A stretch of 63,691 bases of DNA, counting the filler, from Myxococcota bacterium (lineage in GTDB: Bacteria; Myxococcota_C; UBA6777), in the NCBI GenBank assembly GCA_023150835.1. It is 3 parts of 3 records of this genome, joined end to end, with 100 filler letters (N's around TTAATTAATTAA, not from the genome) between each part and the next. Parts side by side here need not be neighbours in the genome. Positions count along the whole stretch, not along the records: positions 1 to 24,523 come from JAKLKB010000107.1; 2 more parts are not named here. One strand, 5' to 3'. The notes below the pieces were generated by a model that had not been told where the DNA came from, made no database searches, and saw only the letters and a list, made by a program, of their open reading frames with translations. Positions 1 through 9,524 of the stretch are shown piece by piece (the first letter of the stretch is position 1; every line of letters starts with the position of its first letter). The position numbers and the translations under genes were made by a program.

Positions 1-207
1 CTTGTGCTTCGGCGCTTTGTGTGAACATCTCTATTCCCCTTTCGCGTTTTGAGGTGCGCCATTATGCCACAAGAATCTGCTTTTACTTCTTAACCTGATG
101 CCAATGGGGCGGTTCGCGAACCGCCCGTCTATCGGGATATCGAGGAGCGAACGGGCATGATCACACAATCACAGGATTTTGTATAAGGGGGCGTTTGTGG
201 GGTATTC

Positions 208-236
208 TTGACAGGAGAAGGTGGATTTCGTAGCCT
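208..236 (+). promoter_or_regulatory. putative sigma70 promoter
   Basis: TTGACA(208-213)-17 bp-TAGCCT(231-236) upstream of the first CDS. Confidence 0.45.
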
Positions 237-406
237 ATACCGACCTTTAGGCGCTGGATGCGTTTGCAATCGGAGGAACACAGGATGCGTTCTCGTTGGT
301 TTGTGGGTGGGTGTGGATTTGATTACGAGGATTTTCCTGAATATTGTATCGCACTTTTCGTTTTAACGCCGTCAATGCAAATGGATGGGCTATTTTGGAG
401 AAATCG

Positions 407-2494
407 ATGAAATGTTACCGTACTTTTTCTGGGAGATTATCCGTGTGGATGATCTGGTGTGGCTTGTTGGCTTTGGTGTGCTTCCCTTACTGCGACCCTC
501 AAAAGACCACGACCAAAGAGCCTGAGCCGATCAATCCTGCGGATTATGGTTATTCGGCGCTTTGCCCGGGAGCCAAGGGCTGTATGAAGCCCGAAGGCGA
601 ACTGTTCGCAGGGGCGGCAGCGGTAGCGTTGACACCCGAAGCGTACGAGTTTGCGCGATTTTCGTACATGGTAGAGAAGAGTTTTTGTCCGACACCGACA
701 CCGATGTCTCCATTTGGGTTGTTGCGTTGTGGAGAACTTGAAGGTCGTGCGCAGTACGGACGGCGAGATTGTGGCCGTGATGGTTTGTGTCCACAGGATA
801 ATTTGCCGACGCGCAAGACGTGCGACGAAAACACCCCATGTCCCACGCCTTTGGTGTGCAACGTTGCGGAGAAAAAATGCTATCTCAAGTACACAGGCCC
901 CGATGCGGACGGTTCGGAAGGGGATGGTTTGGATGATTGGTTTGTGGATTGTGGGCGGGATCGGATCTGCCCTTGTTTGGACCCCGAAGAGCAGCCTTCG
1001 TATTATGGGAAAGACAAAAAATGCTTGATCGGGCACAAGCCGAATCCGGCTTACAAAGGCCCCGATGCGGATGGCTCGGAAGGAAATGGGATCTTTGAGG
1101 GCGTGTGGATGGCGGGATTTGGTGGGAATCATCCCGCGCAAGGCAAGTATGACGATATCTGGGCGCGAGCGTTGGTTTTACGGACGGGAGATACGACCGT
1201 TGCGATCGTATCGTTGGATCTGGTTGGCTTTTTCAACAACAAGATCCAAGAGATCCGTAAGCAAGTCGCAGCGCAGCTTCCCGAAGGAGAGATCGATTAT
1301 ATTTTGGTGTCCTCCACCCACGCGCACGAAGGCCCCGACTCTGTTGGGCAATGGGGACGAAGTCAATCCGGAATTCCTCTCGAAACAGGCGCAACACCGG
1401 CCTTCTTGAAGCGAGTTGTCGATGGGGCCACAAGAGCCATCGTGGAGGCCCACAAACAGCTTCAAAAAGCCAAGCTCAAGGTCGGGCATATCAAGACGGG
1501 CCGCCAAGGTTTTCTGCGTGATAGCCGCGATCCGCAGATCTTTGATGACAATCTACATGTCCTCCATCTGACTAGCGCTGAAAAGAACGAGACGATATCT
1601 GTGCTGGTCAATTGGGGAAACCATCCTGAAGTGCTTTCCGATATCAATAACTATATTACATCCGATTTTCCACACTTTTTGCGCGAAGCTTTGGAGAAGG
1701 GCGTACCAAAATCCTCGAAAGGATTCGAGATCCCAGCGTATGGCGGGACAGCGATCTATCTTCAAGCAACTGTCGGAGGATTGATGACGCCTCTTGGGAT
1801 CGGCATCCCTGATCTCGATGGCGTCGAACAAACCAAGAGCGATTGGGAAAAATCCAAGGCACTTGGGCATCAACTCGCTGTAAAAGCTGTGGAGGCGTTG
1901 AAAAACGGCGAAGAGATCAGCAAAGTCGACCTTGCTGTGTGGGCCAAAACCACCAAAGTCAAAGTTGAAAACAAAGCCTTTCAGGCACTCTTTTGGATCG
2001 GGACGATCTTCGATCGTCCGGTGACGGATTACGATCCGAAGTCGCCGATCAACGAAAGCAATATGCCCAAGATCACCACCGAGATCGCGGTCATTCGGCT
2101 AGGAAAAGATATCACCTTTTTCTCAATGCCGGGAGAATTGGACCCCGAGATTACTGTGGGCGGGTACGATGGCTCGTGGACGTATGGAGCCGATCTGATC
2201 GATCCCAAGAACCCGAATCCGCCTGACCTCACCAAAGCCCCGAAAGGACCGTACTTACGAGAACGTATTCCGGGGAAGTACAAATTTTTTGTGGGCCTAG
2301 GCAATGACTTTTTGGGTTATTTGATCGCCAGTTGGAACTATCAGCTTGACAAGACCAGCCCGTTTTTTACGCAAGCTCCGGGCGATCACTACGAAGAAAC
2401 CAACGGCCTTGGCCCGAGCATCGTTCCGACTTTAATGAAGCTTTATGACGAGCTGATCCCTCAACTCGAAAAGCCCGGTCCTCCCGCCAAGTAA
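407..2494 (+). CDS. secreted neutral/alkaline ceramidase-like protein with Cys-rich N-terminal insert
   Basis: GGAG RBS before ATG 407; signal peptide; ceramidase-family motifs MAGFG, ARALVL, STHAHEGPD, WGNHPE, PGE, GLGNDFLGY, HYEET; duplicated DCGRD..CP and YxGPDADGSEG motifs. Confidence 0.7.
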   Translation: MKCYRTFSGRLSVWMIWCGLLALVCFPYCDPQKTTTKEPEPINPADYGYSALCPGAKGCMKPEGELFAGAAAVALTPEAYEFARFSYMVEKSFCPTPTPMSPFGLLRCGELEGRAQYGRRDCGRDGLCPQDNLPTRKTCDENTPCPTPLVCNVAEKKCYLKYTGPDADGSEGDGLDDWFVDCGRDRICPCLDPEEQPSYYGKDKKCLIGHKPNPAYKGPDADGSEGNGIFEGVWMAGFGGNHPAQGKYDDIWARALVLRTGDTTVAIVSLDLVGFFNNKIQEIRKQVAAQLPEGEIDYILVSSTHAHEGPDSVGQWGRSQSGIPLETGATPAFLKRVVDGATRAIVEAHKQLQKAKLKVGHIKTGRQGFLRDSRDPQIFDDNLHVLHLTSAEKNETISVLVNWGNHPEVLSDINNYITSDFPHFLREALEKGVPKSSKGFEIPAYGGTAIYLQATVGGLMTPLGIGIPDLDGVEQTKSDWEKSKALGHQLAVKAVEALKNGEEISKVDLAVWAKTTKVKVENKAFQALFWIGTIFDRPVTDYDPKSPINESNMPKITTEIAVIRLGKDITFFSMPGELDPEITVGGYDGSWTYGADLIDPKNPNPPDLTKAPKGPYLRERIPGKYKFFVGLGNDFLGYLIASWNYQLDKTSPFFTQAPGDHYEETNGLGPSIVPTLMKLYDELIPQLEKPGPPAK

Positions 2495-2575
2495 TACGAA
2501 ATCCGCCCATCGTGTTATCGTCACGGTGTCGGGGCAGCTACAGGGGGTTGCCCAAGAATCGGGCGTCTGGACGCC
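2495..2575. mobile_element. partial REP-carrying MITE (family A) at the ceramidase stop codon
   Basis: TAA stop followed directly by TACGAAATCCG end; internal GGGGCAGC..GTTGCCC palindrome; far end degenerate. Confidence 0.6.
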
Positions 2576-2580
2576 GATGT

Positions 2581-5500
2581 TCAAAGGGACGAATTCTGTG
2601 CGGAAGGGAAAGATTGTACAAGCAAGAAGGGCGCGAGGGCTTCGAGAAAGCGGGAAGCGCGTTGAGGCGGTGGGAAGGGCGCTTGAGGCGTTTGAGGATA
2701 GCGGGCATAAGAGAGGAAGAGAAAGCGCTCCGAGCGGTGGATAGCGGTGTAAAGTAGGCGTAAGGCTTCGTCGATGCGTTCGGGGTAGGGGTGCATCTCT
2801 TCGAGAGGAAGGGAGAGATCGTCACAGCCTGCGAGAAAGACGACGGGAAATTGGAGTCCTTTGAGGGCAGACAGCGGAAGAAGTTTGAGCAGGTGGGGGT
2901 CGGTGGGAAACAGCGGCGCGTGTTGTTCGAGAACAAGGCTGGTCAAAAAGGCGAGGGTATTGCGGGTATGTCTGGCGCGTTCGTAGAGGGCGGCGCGTTG
3001 GGTGGCGCGGCGTTGGGGAGGGTGGGGCCAAGGCGCTTGGTCGATCTCTGAAAACAGCCGATCGAGCAGAGATATCGGTGATTCGGAGGCGGAGAAGTCG
3101 GGCGCTCGTAGGCGAGCGAGCAGGGTGTGACGTTCTTGACGAAGTGCGGGATCTTCGTGGGCATGGAGCCAGTAGGGGAGTCCGGCCTCTTCGAGCGCAT
3201 CGCGCAAGGGAGCGATATGACGGGGGTGATGGTAGCAGATCACGATATCTTTGGGATGGAAAGAGAGCGGAAGCTCTGGGGCTTTGGGATGGGAAGAGAG
3301 CGGAAGCTCTGGATCTTTGGGATGGAAAGAGAGCGGAAGCTCTGGATCTTTGGGATAGAAAGAGGTTGTGGGAGATCGGGATTCGGGGTGAAGCGTGAGA
3401 AGGGATTGAATCTTTTTGACGATGCCACGGGCTTCTTCATCGGGAGATTCAAAGATCTGCAACGGGATCTGCTGTTGAAGGTCCGAGGCAAGGGCTTCTG
3501 TGGGGGTACGGTGCGGATCGGGCTGTGTGGATATCAGAGAATGAGCAGCGTCGACCAAGAGTTTTGGACTACGATAACTTCGCCAAAGAGTATAGCGTTG
3601 GGCAGGGTGATGGAGCGTCGAAAAGTCTGTGGAAAACTGGTAAAAGTGATGAAGCTCGGCCCCTTCGGTCGAAGCGATGGCCTGATCGGGATCTCCTGCG
3701 ACGCAAAGATCGGTGTGTTCGCTGACAAGATGGCGGAGGATCTGGCGTTGGGCGGGGTAGATATCTTGGTAGTCGTCGACGTGAATAGAGCGAAAGCGCA
3801 AGCGAAGTTGCTGTCGAAGAGGCGTATCATGCTGAAGAAGGCGTACGCCTTCAAGCAAAAGATCATCGAGGTCAAGAGAAGATTCGTTTCGCAGATGTTC
3901 TTGATAAAGAGAAAAGATATCTCGAAAGCGCGGATTCATCTCAGGGAGTGTGTCAGCGGCTTCTTCGGGAGAAAGGGCGGCTTGTTTGGCCGTCGATATC
4001 GCCCGCAACAACAGCGGTATCTCGTGATCGTGGAGGGGTGTGTGCTGTTGTGCGGCGATCTTTGTCAGCCGCCCCATGCGTTCAACATCGCTGACCAAAC
4101 GAGGGAGACAGTCTTCTCCTGCGATCAATTCGAGGCAAAAGCGATGAAAGGTGGTGATCGTAAGGTAGTGGCGTGGGCTGATGTGGCGTTGGATCTGTTC
4201 GGAGAAGCTGCGGGCGGCTTGTTCGCTGTGAACGAAGACAAGGATCTGAGAGGAATCGAGTTGGCGAGTGGCGATCAAATACAGAATGCGATGAAGGAGC
4301 GTGTAGGTCTTTCCTGTACCGGGTCCTGCGATCATTTGAAGTGGAGAGCCCCAATGCTTGACGGCGCTACGTTGTTCGGTGTTGAGGCGTGCAAGCAATT
4401 TTTTGGGAAGGGCAGAAAGCGTCGGCCACGCGCCCGATCGGTGGGCGGTGGGGGAAGCAGCGGGTTCGAAAGCAGAGGTTGGTGGAGCAGCAGAGCGGTA
4501 AAGTGCGGAAGCGCGGGGATCTTGGCGAAGAGAGCGGATGCGTTCTTGGATGGTCTGGAGTTTTTGGATCACGGCGTCGGGTGAAAAGGGCGGTGGTGAC
4601 AGCTTTTGCGAAGGAAGGACAGAGAGGGGAGGGGTTGGTTGCCCTTGTGAGAGCGTTTGTTGGATGCGCTGCGCGTAGTGGTTTGGGAAGCTTTGTGGGC
4701 AATGAACAGGCGAAGAAGAGGGCGAAAGGGCTGTTGGGTGAGGGGTTGTGTTGTTTTGGGCCGATGTGTGGCCTGAATGGAGATCGCTTGCGTCCGTAGA
4801 GATGATATATTCCGAATATACGGGAAGATCGTTGCGATGTGTTGCGGATACTTCGGAATATACGAGCGATGCGTGGGGGTTCAGACTATCGGAAAGGGGA
4901 GAAGCCTCGGAGTTGCGTGCGGCGGAAAGGGGAGAAGCCTCGGAGTTGCGTGCGGCGGAAAGGGGAGAAGCCTCGGAGTTGCGTGCAGCGATGGCGATGG
5001 CGATGGCCTCGGTGATATCCATCTGGCGCAATGGCGGTGCGGGGGGGGGCGGGCTTGGGGGAGACCACGAGGTGCGTGTCATGGGTGTGGGCGTTGGGCG
5101 CGATGGATAGGGGGGGGCGGGTTCTGCAAGAGTTGGAGAGAATAAGTCGAATTGCTTGTCGTAGGTTGGAGATTCGACGGAAGTTCCGATGCGTCGTCGC
5201 CAAAAGGTCGGAGAGGCCATGTCGAAGAGCATCAATTGGTTCGAGGGGATCGGGATGACATCTAGATCGGGAAAGAGATCTTGTTGAGGGATGGCTTGTT
5301 CGTTGGGGAGGAAGAGACGGATCTTGCCGGGCTGTCCGTCGAATCCGGGTTCACGCGATATCTCTTCTTGGCGGACACGTCGGACGGCTTCTTCGAGCAA
5401 AGGGATATCCAGATGTCGGAGTTCTTCGAGGGGAACGCTGCGCAAGATATCGATCTCGTGGCCGAGACGGTCGATCATCGCGATGTATCGTTTTTGAAGG

Positions 5501-6558
5501 CGCTTTGCGCGGGGATTGCATTGCAGGAGTTCAGCGAGGATCTGTTCGAGAGAAAGCAGCTTTTGGGAAGGAGGGCAGAAGGCGGGCGAGCGTATCGAAG
5601 AAGGCGGGCGTTGGGCGAGTTGTTCAATGCGGTGCATGATGCCGAGTGTCAGGGGTTTTTTGCATGCAGGGCAGAAGGTATCTCTGGCGCGACTTTCTTG
5701 GGGGGACATACTGACACGGCAGCGTTGGTGTCCGTCGAGATAGTATTTTTCTTCTTCGGGCCATGTTTCGAGGACTCTGAGGTAGTTGTGGGGAGTCGGA
5801 TGACGCAAGACCGAAAAGAGGCCCTCATAGCTGCGTTCGGACTCGATCTCGATGGCTGCGCGCCCGATTTTGCTTGGAGAATAAGCATTGGAACTTGCGA
5901 AAAGCGTGTAGGGATCGAGTGATTTGATGCGTCGTAGCTGGGGGATGTCGATCATCAGGCCCGATTCAAGGGCAAAGATTTGATCGCGATGAGGCCCAAA
6001 ACAAGAGTCCACATCGAAAAAAGCCGAACGATGGCCAAGAAGTGAAAACCAAGAGGCGAGGATATGGGCCGGGATCAGATGCGCTTGTGGGTCGGCGTCG
6101 TGGAGGATCGAAAGCAGCGTCGGGATATCAAGATGGAGCGTTGGACGACCTTCGGCTTGGATGTCGCCAAATCGCGCAAGATCCGCACGAATACGCTTGA
6201 CCGCTTCAAAGTCGGGCGCAAAAAGCAGATGGCGTATGCGTTGGAGATCGCCGTTGTGTACGAAGGTTTGGGTGATCTCGGCACTCAACACAAAACGCAC
6301 TTCGTGGGCGCGTGTAGAGGCCGGGCTTTGGTGGATCAGCGGTGCTTCGAGATCTTCGCGCAAGCAAAACAACCCTGCTTCGGCGGGGCGCAGCTTTTCT
6401 TGGAGTTCTTGAAGCCATGAAGGATGCGTAAAGTCCCCTGTTCCAAGCAGATGAATGCCTTTGTAGCGCGCCCAAAGCGCCATGTTCTCCAGATCCATGT
6501 CGCGACTGGTCGTCTTGGTGTAGCGTGAGTGCAGGTGAAGATCAGCAAGCAGGCGCAA
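2581..6558 (-). CDS. endonuclease Q (PHP-like) domain fused to UvrD/REP-like helicase, with degenerate catalytic motifs
   Basis: N-terminal DLHLHSRY, GTGDFTHP, HQRC..CPAC; low-complexity linker; C-terminal LNTEQ, AGPGTGKT, TFHRFC, DDYQD, GDPDQAI, YRS, KGLQF. Confidence 0.85.
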   Translation of the reverse strand: MRLLADLHLHSRYTKTTSRDMDLENMALWARYKGIHLLGTGDFTHPSWLQELQEKLRPAEAGLFCLREDLEAPLIHQSPASTRAHEVRFVLSAEITQTFVHNGDLQRIRHLLFAPDFEAVKRIRADLARFGDIQAEGRPTLHLDIPTLLSILHDADPQAHLIPAHILASWFSLLGHRSAFFDVDSCFGPHRDQIFALESGLMIDIPQLRRIKSLDPYTLFASSNAYSPSKIGRAAIEIESERSYEGLFSVLRHPTPHNYLRVLETWPEEEKYYLDGHQRCRVSMSPQESRARDTFCPACKKPLTLGIMHRIEQLAQRPPSSIRSPAFCPPSQKLLSLEQILAELLQCNPRAKRLQKRYIAMIDRLGHEIDILRSVPLEELRHLDIPLLEEAVRRVRQEEISREPGFDGQPGKIRLFLPNEQAIPQQDLFPDLDVIPIPSNQLMLFDMASPTFWRRRIGTSVESPTYDKQFDLFSPTLAEPAPPYPSRPTPTPMTRTSWSPPSPPPPAPPLRQMDITEAIAIAIAARNSEASPLSAARNSEASPLSAARNSEASPLSDSLNPHASLVYSEVSATHRNDLPVYSEYIISTDASDLHSGHTSAQNNTTPHPTALSPSSSPVHCPQSFPNHYAQRIQQTLSQGQPTPPLSVLPSQKLSPPPFSPDAVIQKLQTIQERIRSLRQDPRASALYRSAAPPTSAFEPAASPTAHRSGAWPTLSALPKKLLARLNTEQRSAVKHWGSPLQMIAGPGTGKTYTLLHRILYLIATRQLDSSQILVFVHSEQAARSFSEQIQRHISPRHYLTITTFHRFCLELIAGEDCLPRLVSDVERMGRLTKIAAQQHTPLHDHEIPLLLRAISTAKQAALSPEEAADTLPEMNPRFRDIFSLYQEHLRNESSLDLDDLLLEGVRLLQHDTPLRQQLRLRFRSIHVDDYQDIYPAQRQILRHLVSEHTDLCVAGDPDQAIASTEGAELHHFYQFSTDFSTLHHPAQRYTLWRSYRSPKLLVDAAHSLISTQPDPHRTPTEALASDLQQQIPLQIFESPDEEARGIVKKIQSLLTLHPESRSPTTSFYPKDPELPLSFHPKDPELPLSSHPKAPELPLSFHPKDIVICYHHPRHIAPLRDALEEAGLPYWLHAHEDPALRQERHTLLARLRAPDFSASESPISLLDRLFSEIDQAPWPHPPQRRATQRAALYERARHTRNTLAFLTSLVLEQHAPLFPTDPHLLKLLPLSALKGLQFPVVFLAGCDDLSLPLEEMHPYPERIDEALRLLYTAIHRSERFLFLSYARYPQTPQAPFPPPQRASRFLEALAPFLLVQSFPSAQNSSL
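3247..3364. repeat. 33-bp in-frame tandem repeat (~3.5 copies; SFHPKDPELPL)
   Basis: CTTTGGGAT recurs at 3249, 3282, 3315, 3348. Confidence 0.9.
4890..4990. repeat. 33-bp in-frame tandem repeat (3 copies; AARNSEASPLS)
   Basis: CGGAAAGGGGAGAAGCCTCGGAGTTGCGTGC at 4890, 4923, 4956. Confidence 0.95.
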
Positions 6559-6740
6559 GGCTCTCTCTCCTTGTAGCGATCGATCGATCTGTCTGGTGGT
6601 GTTCTATCGCGATCTGGGGCGCGCAGCAAAAAAAGGGGCGTTTCTATAACATGTGCTTTGTCGGGCGTCGAGAGGCTACGAAGCGTATAGAAAAAAGTCC
6701 ACGGAAAACACGGAAGACACGGAAAGGAATACATAGAAAA

Positions 6741-6810
6741 AAGAGGTAGAAGAGGTAGAAGAGGTAGAAGAGGTAGAAGAGGTAGAAGAGGTAGAAGAGG
6801 TAGAAGAGGT
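6741..6810. repeat. 9-bp tandem repeat (AAGAGGTAG) x ~7.7
   Basis: directly visible, intergenic. Confidence 0.95.
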
Positions 6811-6814
6811 CGGA

Positions 6815-7726
6815 CTATACAGGATCTTCTGAAGCATCGAGGAGAGCGCGAAGTGCGGTGATGCGTTGGGTATCGAGGTGGCGTTGTGTCGCTTGCTCGG
6901 TTGCGATGGGCAAGGTGGCTTGTGCGAGGAGAGTGTAGATCTGTCGGAGAGACGGGCTTTTTGGATCGGACTGGGCGGGGAGTGTTTGGAGAGCGCGGAG
7001 GTGGGCTTCGATGGTGGCGTAATCACCGCGTGGATAGGGGCCTGTTAAGGCGAGGGGAAGTCCTTGTGTGTAGAGATTGTGAAGGCTGGCTTGCATCAAA
7101 GGCAACAAAAGAGGCAAGGCGTCAGCGTGGTAGCCTGCGGCCTGTAGAGTTTTTGTGGCTTGCGCTGCAAGCGTCACAAGAAAGTTGGAGGCGATCACGG
7201 CGGCTGCGTGATAAAGCGCACGATCAATGCCATGCAAAGAAAAGGCGGTCCCTCCGAGGGATTGCGTGATCTCTTGGGCGACTTGTACGGCGCTATCTTC
7301 TCCATCCACACCGATGTACGCGCCTGAAAACAATGTTTGCGCAAGATCGGAGGTGTGTGTGTTCGGCGTGATCGGTAAGAGCGGGTGCATCACACCGATC
7401 GAAACGCCGCGCTCTCGCAGCGGAGCAAGATCTTCGACTGCGCATCGTCCCGAACAGTGAAGCGCCACTTTCGGGAGAATCGTGGCTTGTTTTGCGAGTT
7501 GTTCTGCGAAAGATCCGATGGCATCGTCGCTTACGGTGATCAACCAAAGCTCCGAGGGCGTGGGTTGACTCGAAAGAAAGCGCTCAGGAGAGCCATGCGT
7601 GCGTCGTGACCACAACGCGACTTCGTTCGATCGCGCACGTAGAGCTTCGCAAAGCGCACTACCCAAGCGCCCCGCCCCCCAGAGAGTGATCGTGGTAGGA
7701 AAAAATGTAGGTTGAACGGTCTTCAT
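6815..7726 (-). CDS. Rossmann-like + DUF2520 domain oxidoreductase (PanG-like)
   Basis: GAGRLG, TVSDDAI, HCSG, HPL, YHAAAVIASNF, LTGP..RGD; start reset to MKTVQ. Confidence 0.85.
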   Translation of the reverse strand: MKTVQPTFFPTTITLWGAGRLGSALCEALRARSNEVALWSRRTHGSPERFLSSQPTPSELWLITVSDDAIGSFAEQLAKQATILPKVALHCSGRCAVEDLAPLRERGVSIGVMHPLLPITPNTHTSDLAQTLFSGAYIGVDGEDSAVQVAQEITQSLGGTAFSLHGIDRALYHAAAVIASNFLVTLAAQATKTLQAAGYHADALPLLLPLMQASLHNLYTQGLPLALTGPYPRGDYATIEAHLRALQTLPAQSDPKSPSLRQIYTLLAQATLPIATEQATQRHLDTQRITALRALLDASEDPV

Positions 7727-7772
7727 CGGAACCTCTTGAAGTGACGAGAGGAGTGACTTGTGGCCAAAAAAA

Positions 7773-7890
7773 GCCGTGTTCGCGAGCGTCCAAGCGAGAG
7801 CGTCGCTGATTTGAAAAAGCAGTGATCGTCTCGCCAAAAACGGGGCCAAGGGGCCTTTGGTCCCTTGTGGGGCGTGGGGTGACACCCCAC
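7773..7890 (+). repeat. dispersed ~115-bp structured repeat (family B), copy 1
   Basis: CGTGTTCG..CAAGCG..TTGAAAAA..TCGCCAA..CGGGG.CAAGGG..CCCTTG..TGGGG..CCCC shared with 12435, 30415, 40139. Confidence 0.8.
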
Positions 7891-8216
7891 CAAAACCCTC
7901 CAACCGCGTAAGTCCGAATGATGAAAGGATATCGGGCGGGCATATCTCAGTCTTTGACTTGCGGCCTTGCACAAGCTAGATAACAAAGGCAGGTTCGCTG
8001 CGAAAAGGATCGGCGGAGATCGGCGCGTGAAGAGAAAGATCGAAATAGGCCGATACATCCGTTGATTTGGATGGCTTCACAACGGGCCGTTGCAGGGATG
8101 TGGCGATGACTATCCAAAAAGAATCTGTTGGAAAGTGGCGCATTGAGATCGCAAGGTTGTGGACGAGGTGTTTTTGAAATGGGCCGTTGGAACGGTCGGA
8201 TTGTTGGGAGGAATGG

Positions 8217-9449
8217 ATGCAAAGAAGAAGATCGACGGGTTTGGGTTGGTTGATCGGGAATGTGTGTTTGTGCTTGTGGGTCTTGTCGTACGCGGTGGGG
8301 TGTCCAGAAGAAAAAAAGAAAGATGAGTGCCTGATCTCATCGGATTGCAAAGTCGACGATACATTCTGCAAAGCTGGAAAGTGCGTTCCTTTGGGCGATG
8401 TCGGGGCGGCTTGCACAGGCGATACGGATTGCTTGTTGCGCTCCAAACAAAGCAACCGCGCTTTGAATTGCCAAGCAGGCAAATGCACCGAAAAGTGCGA
8501 GACAAACTTCGATTGCAACGCGGCAACGCAGATCTGCGATCGTTCGATAGGCAAGTGTATCGCCAAAGATCCCGATGCTGGGGAGATCAACACCGAGCAA
8601 GCTCCCGGTGTAAAAGAAGGCGAAGATTGTGCCGCACCCACCGCACGTTGCGAACAAGGGCTGTCCTGTATCCAGCAAGCCGAGGGAAAGAATCGCAAGA
8701 AGATCTGTTGGAAGCCTTGCGCGAAAAACTCGGAATGTGCAGCGGGCAAGGTCTGTGCAGCGGGCCATTGTGTTCCTTCGGGCGAGACCTGTTCGTTTAA
8801 TAGCGGCGGAACCTTGGACGATCCCTGTTGGCCCGGTCTCGATTGTCGCCGTGAAGCGGTGGTTGAAGGCACTTGTTATCTGCCTTGCAGTCAAGACACG
8901 GACTGCCCGACAGGTGTTTCTTGCACCGAAGTCGAACCCAACAAAAAATACTGCAAGGCCAAAGGCAAGTTGGCTGGACCTGACGAAGCTTGCGGAAAGA
9001 TCAACAACGAAAACGTCGGTTGTGTCGATGGATACGGATGTATCCCCAAAAGTGCCGGCAGCAGCGACAGCGTCTGCACCAAAAAATGCACGCAAGCCAC
9101 CGATTGCCAAGATCCCCGTTTTTGCAGCGGTGGATTCTGTGTGCTTGGAAACGTCGGGGAGGCCAAAGAAGGGGCCTCGTGCAAAAATGCGGCAGGCGCA
9201 ACAAAACAAGAGATCTGCGCAGCGGGCTTGTACTGCTTGCTCTTTCAAGGAAAAGATCTCGGCTTGTGCTACAAAGAGTGCCGCGCTGATCCTGCCGTCT
9301 GTACGGCCCCCACACAATGCGTCACTCTTGCGAGCGCCAACACCAATGTCTGCCTCAAGACCTGCAAGCAAGCCAGCGATTGCACCGCTCCCACCAGCGC
9401 TTGCGCTTCGGTCGCCCAAGGCGGTCCTACCTACTGCCTCCATCCGTAA
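8217..9449 (+). CDS. Cys-rich repeat lipoprotein (myxobacterial type)
   Basis: signal peptide with lipobox-like VGC; many CxxxxDC/EC repeats. Confidence 0.8.
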   Translation: MQRRRSTGLGWLIGNVCLCLWVLSYAVGCPEEKKKDECLISSDCKVDDTFCKAGKCVPLGDVGAACTGDTDCLLRSKQSNRALNCQAGKCTEKCETNFDCNAATQICDRSIGKCIAKDPDAGEINTEQAPGVKEGEDCAAPTARCEQGLSCIQQAEGKNRKKICWKPCAKNSECAAGKVCAAGHCVPSGETCSFNSGGTLDDPCWPGLDCRREAVVEGTCYLPCSQDTDCPTGVSCTEVEPNKKYCKAKGKLAGPDEACGKINNENVGCVDGYGCIPKSAGSSDSVCTKKCTQATDCQDPRFCSGGFCVLGNVGEAKEGASCKNAAGATKQEICAAGLYCLLFQGKDLGLCYKECRADPAVCTAPTQCVTLASANTNVCLKTCKQASDCTAPTSACASVAQGGPTYCLHP

Positions 9450-9524
9450 TCTTCTCCGCACCTTGACAGCCCACCATAATCCCTCCATGTAGAGTCTCCA
9501 TTTTGCCTGTCGTGGAGAGGATAC

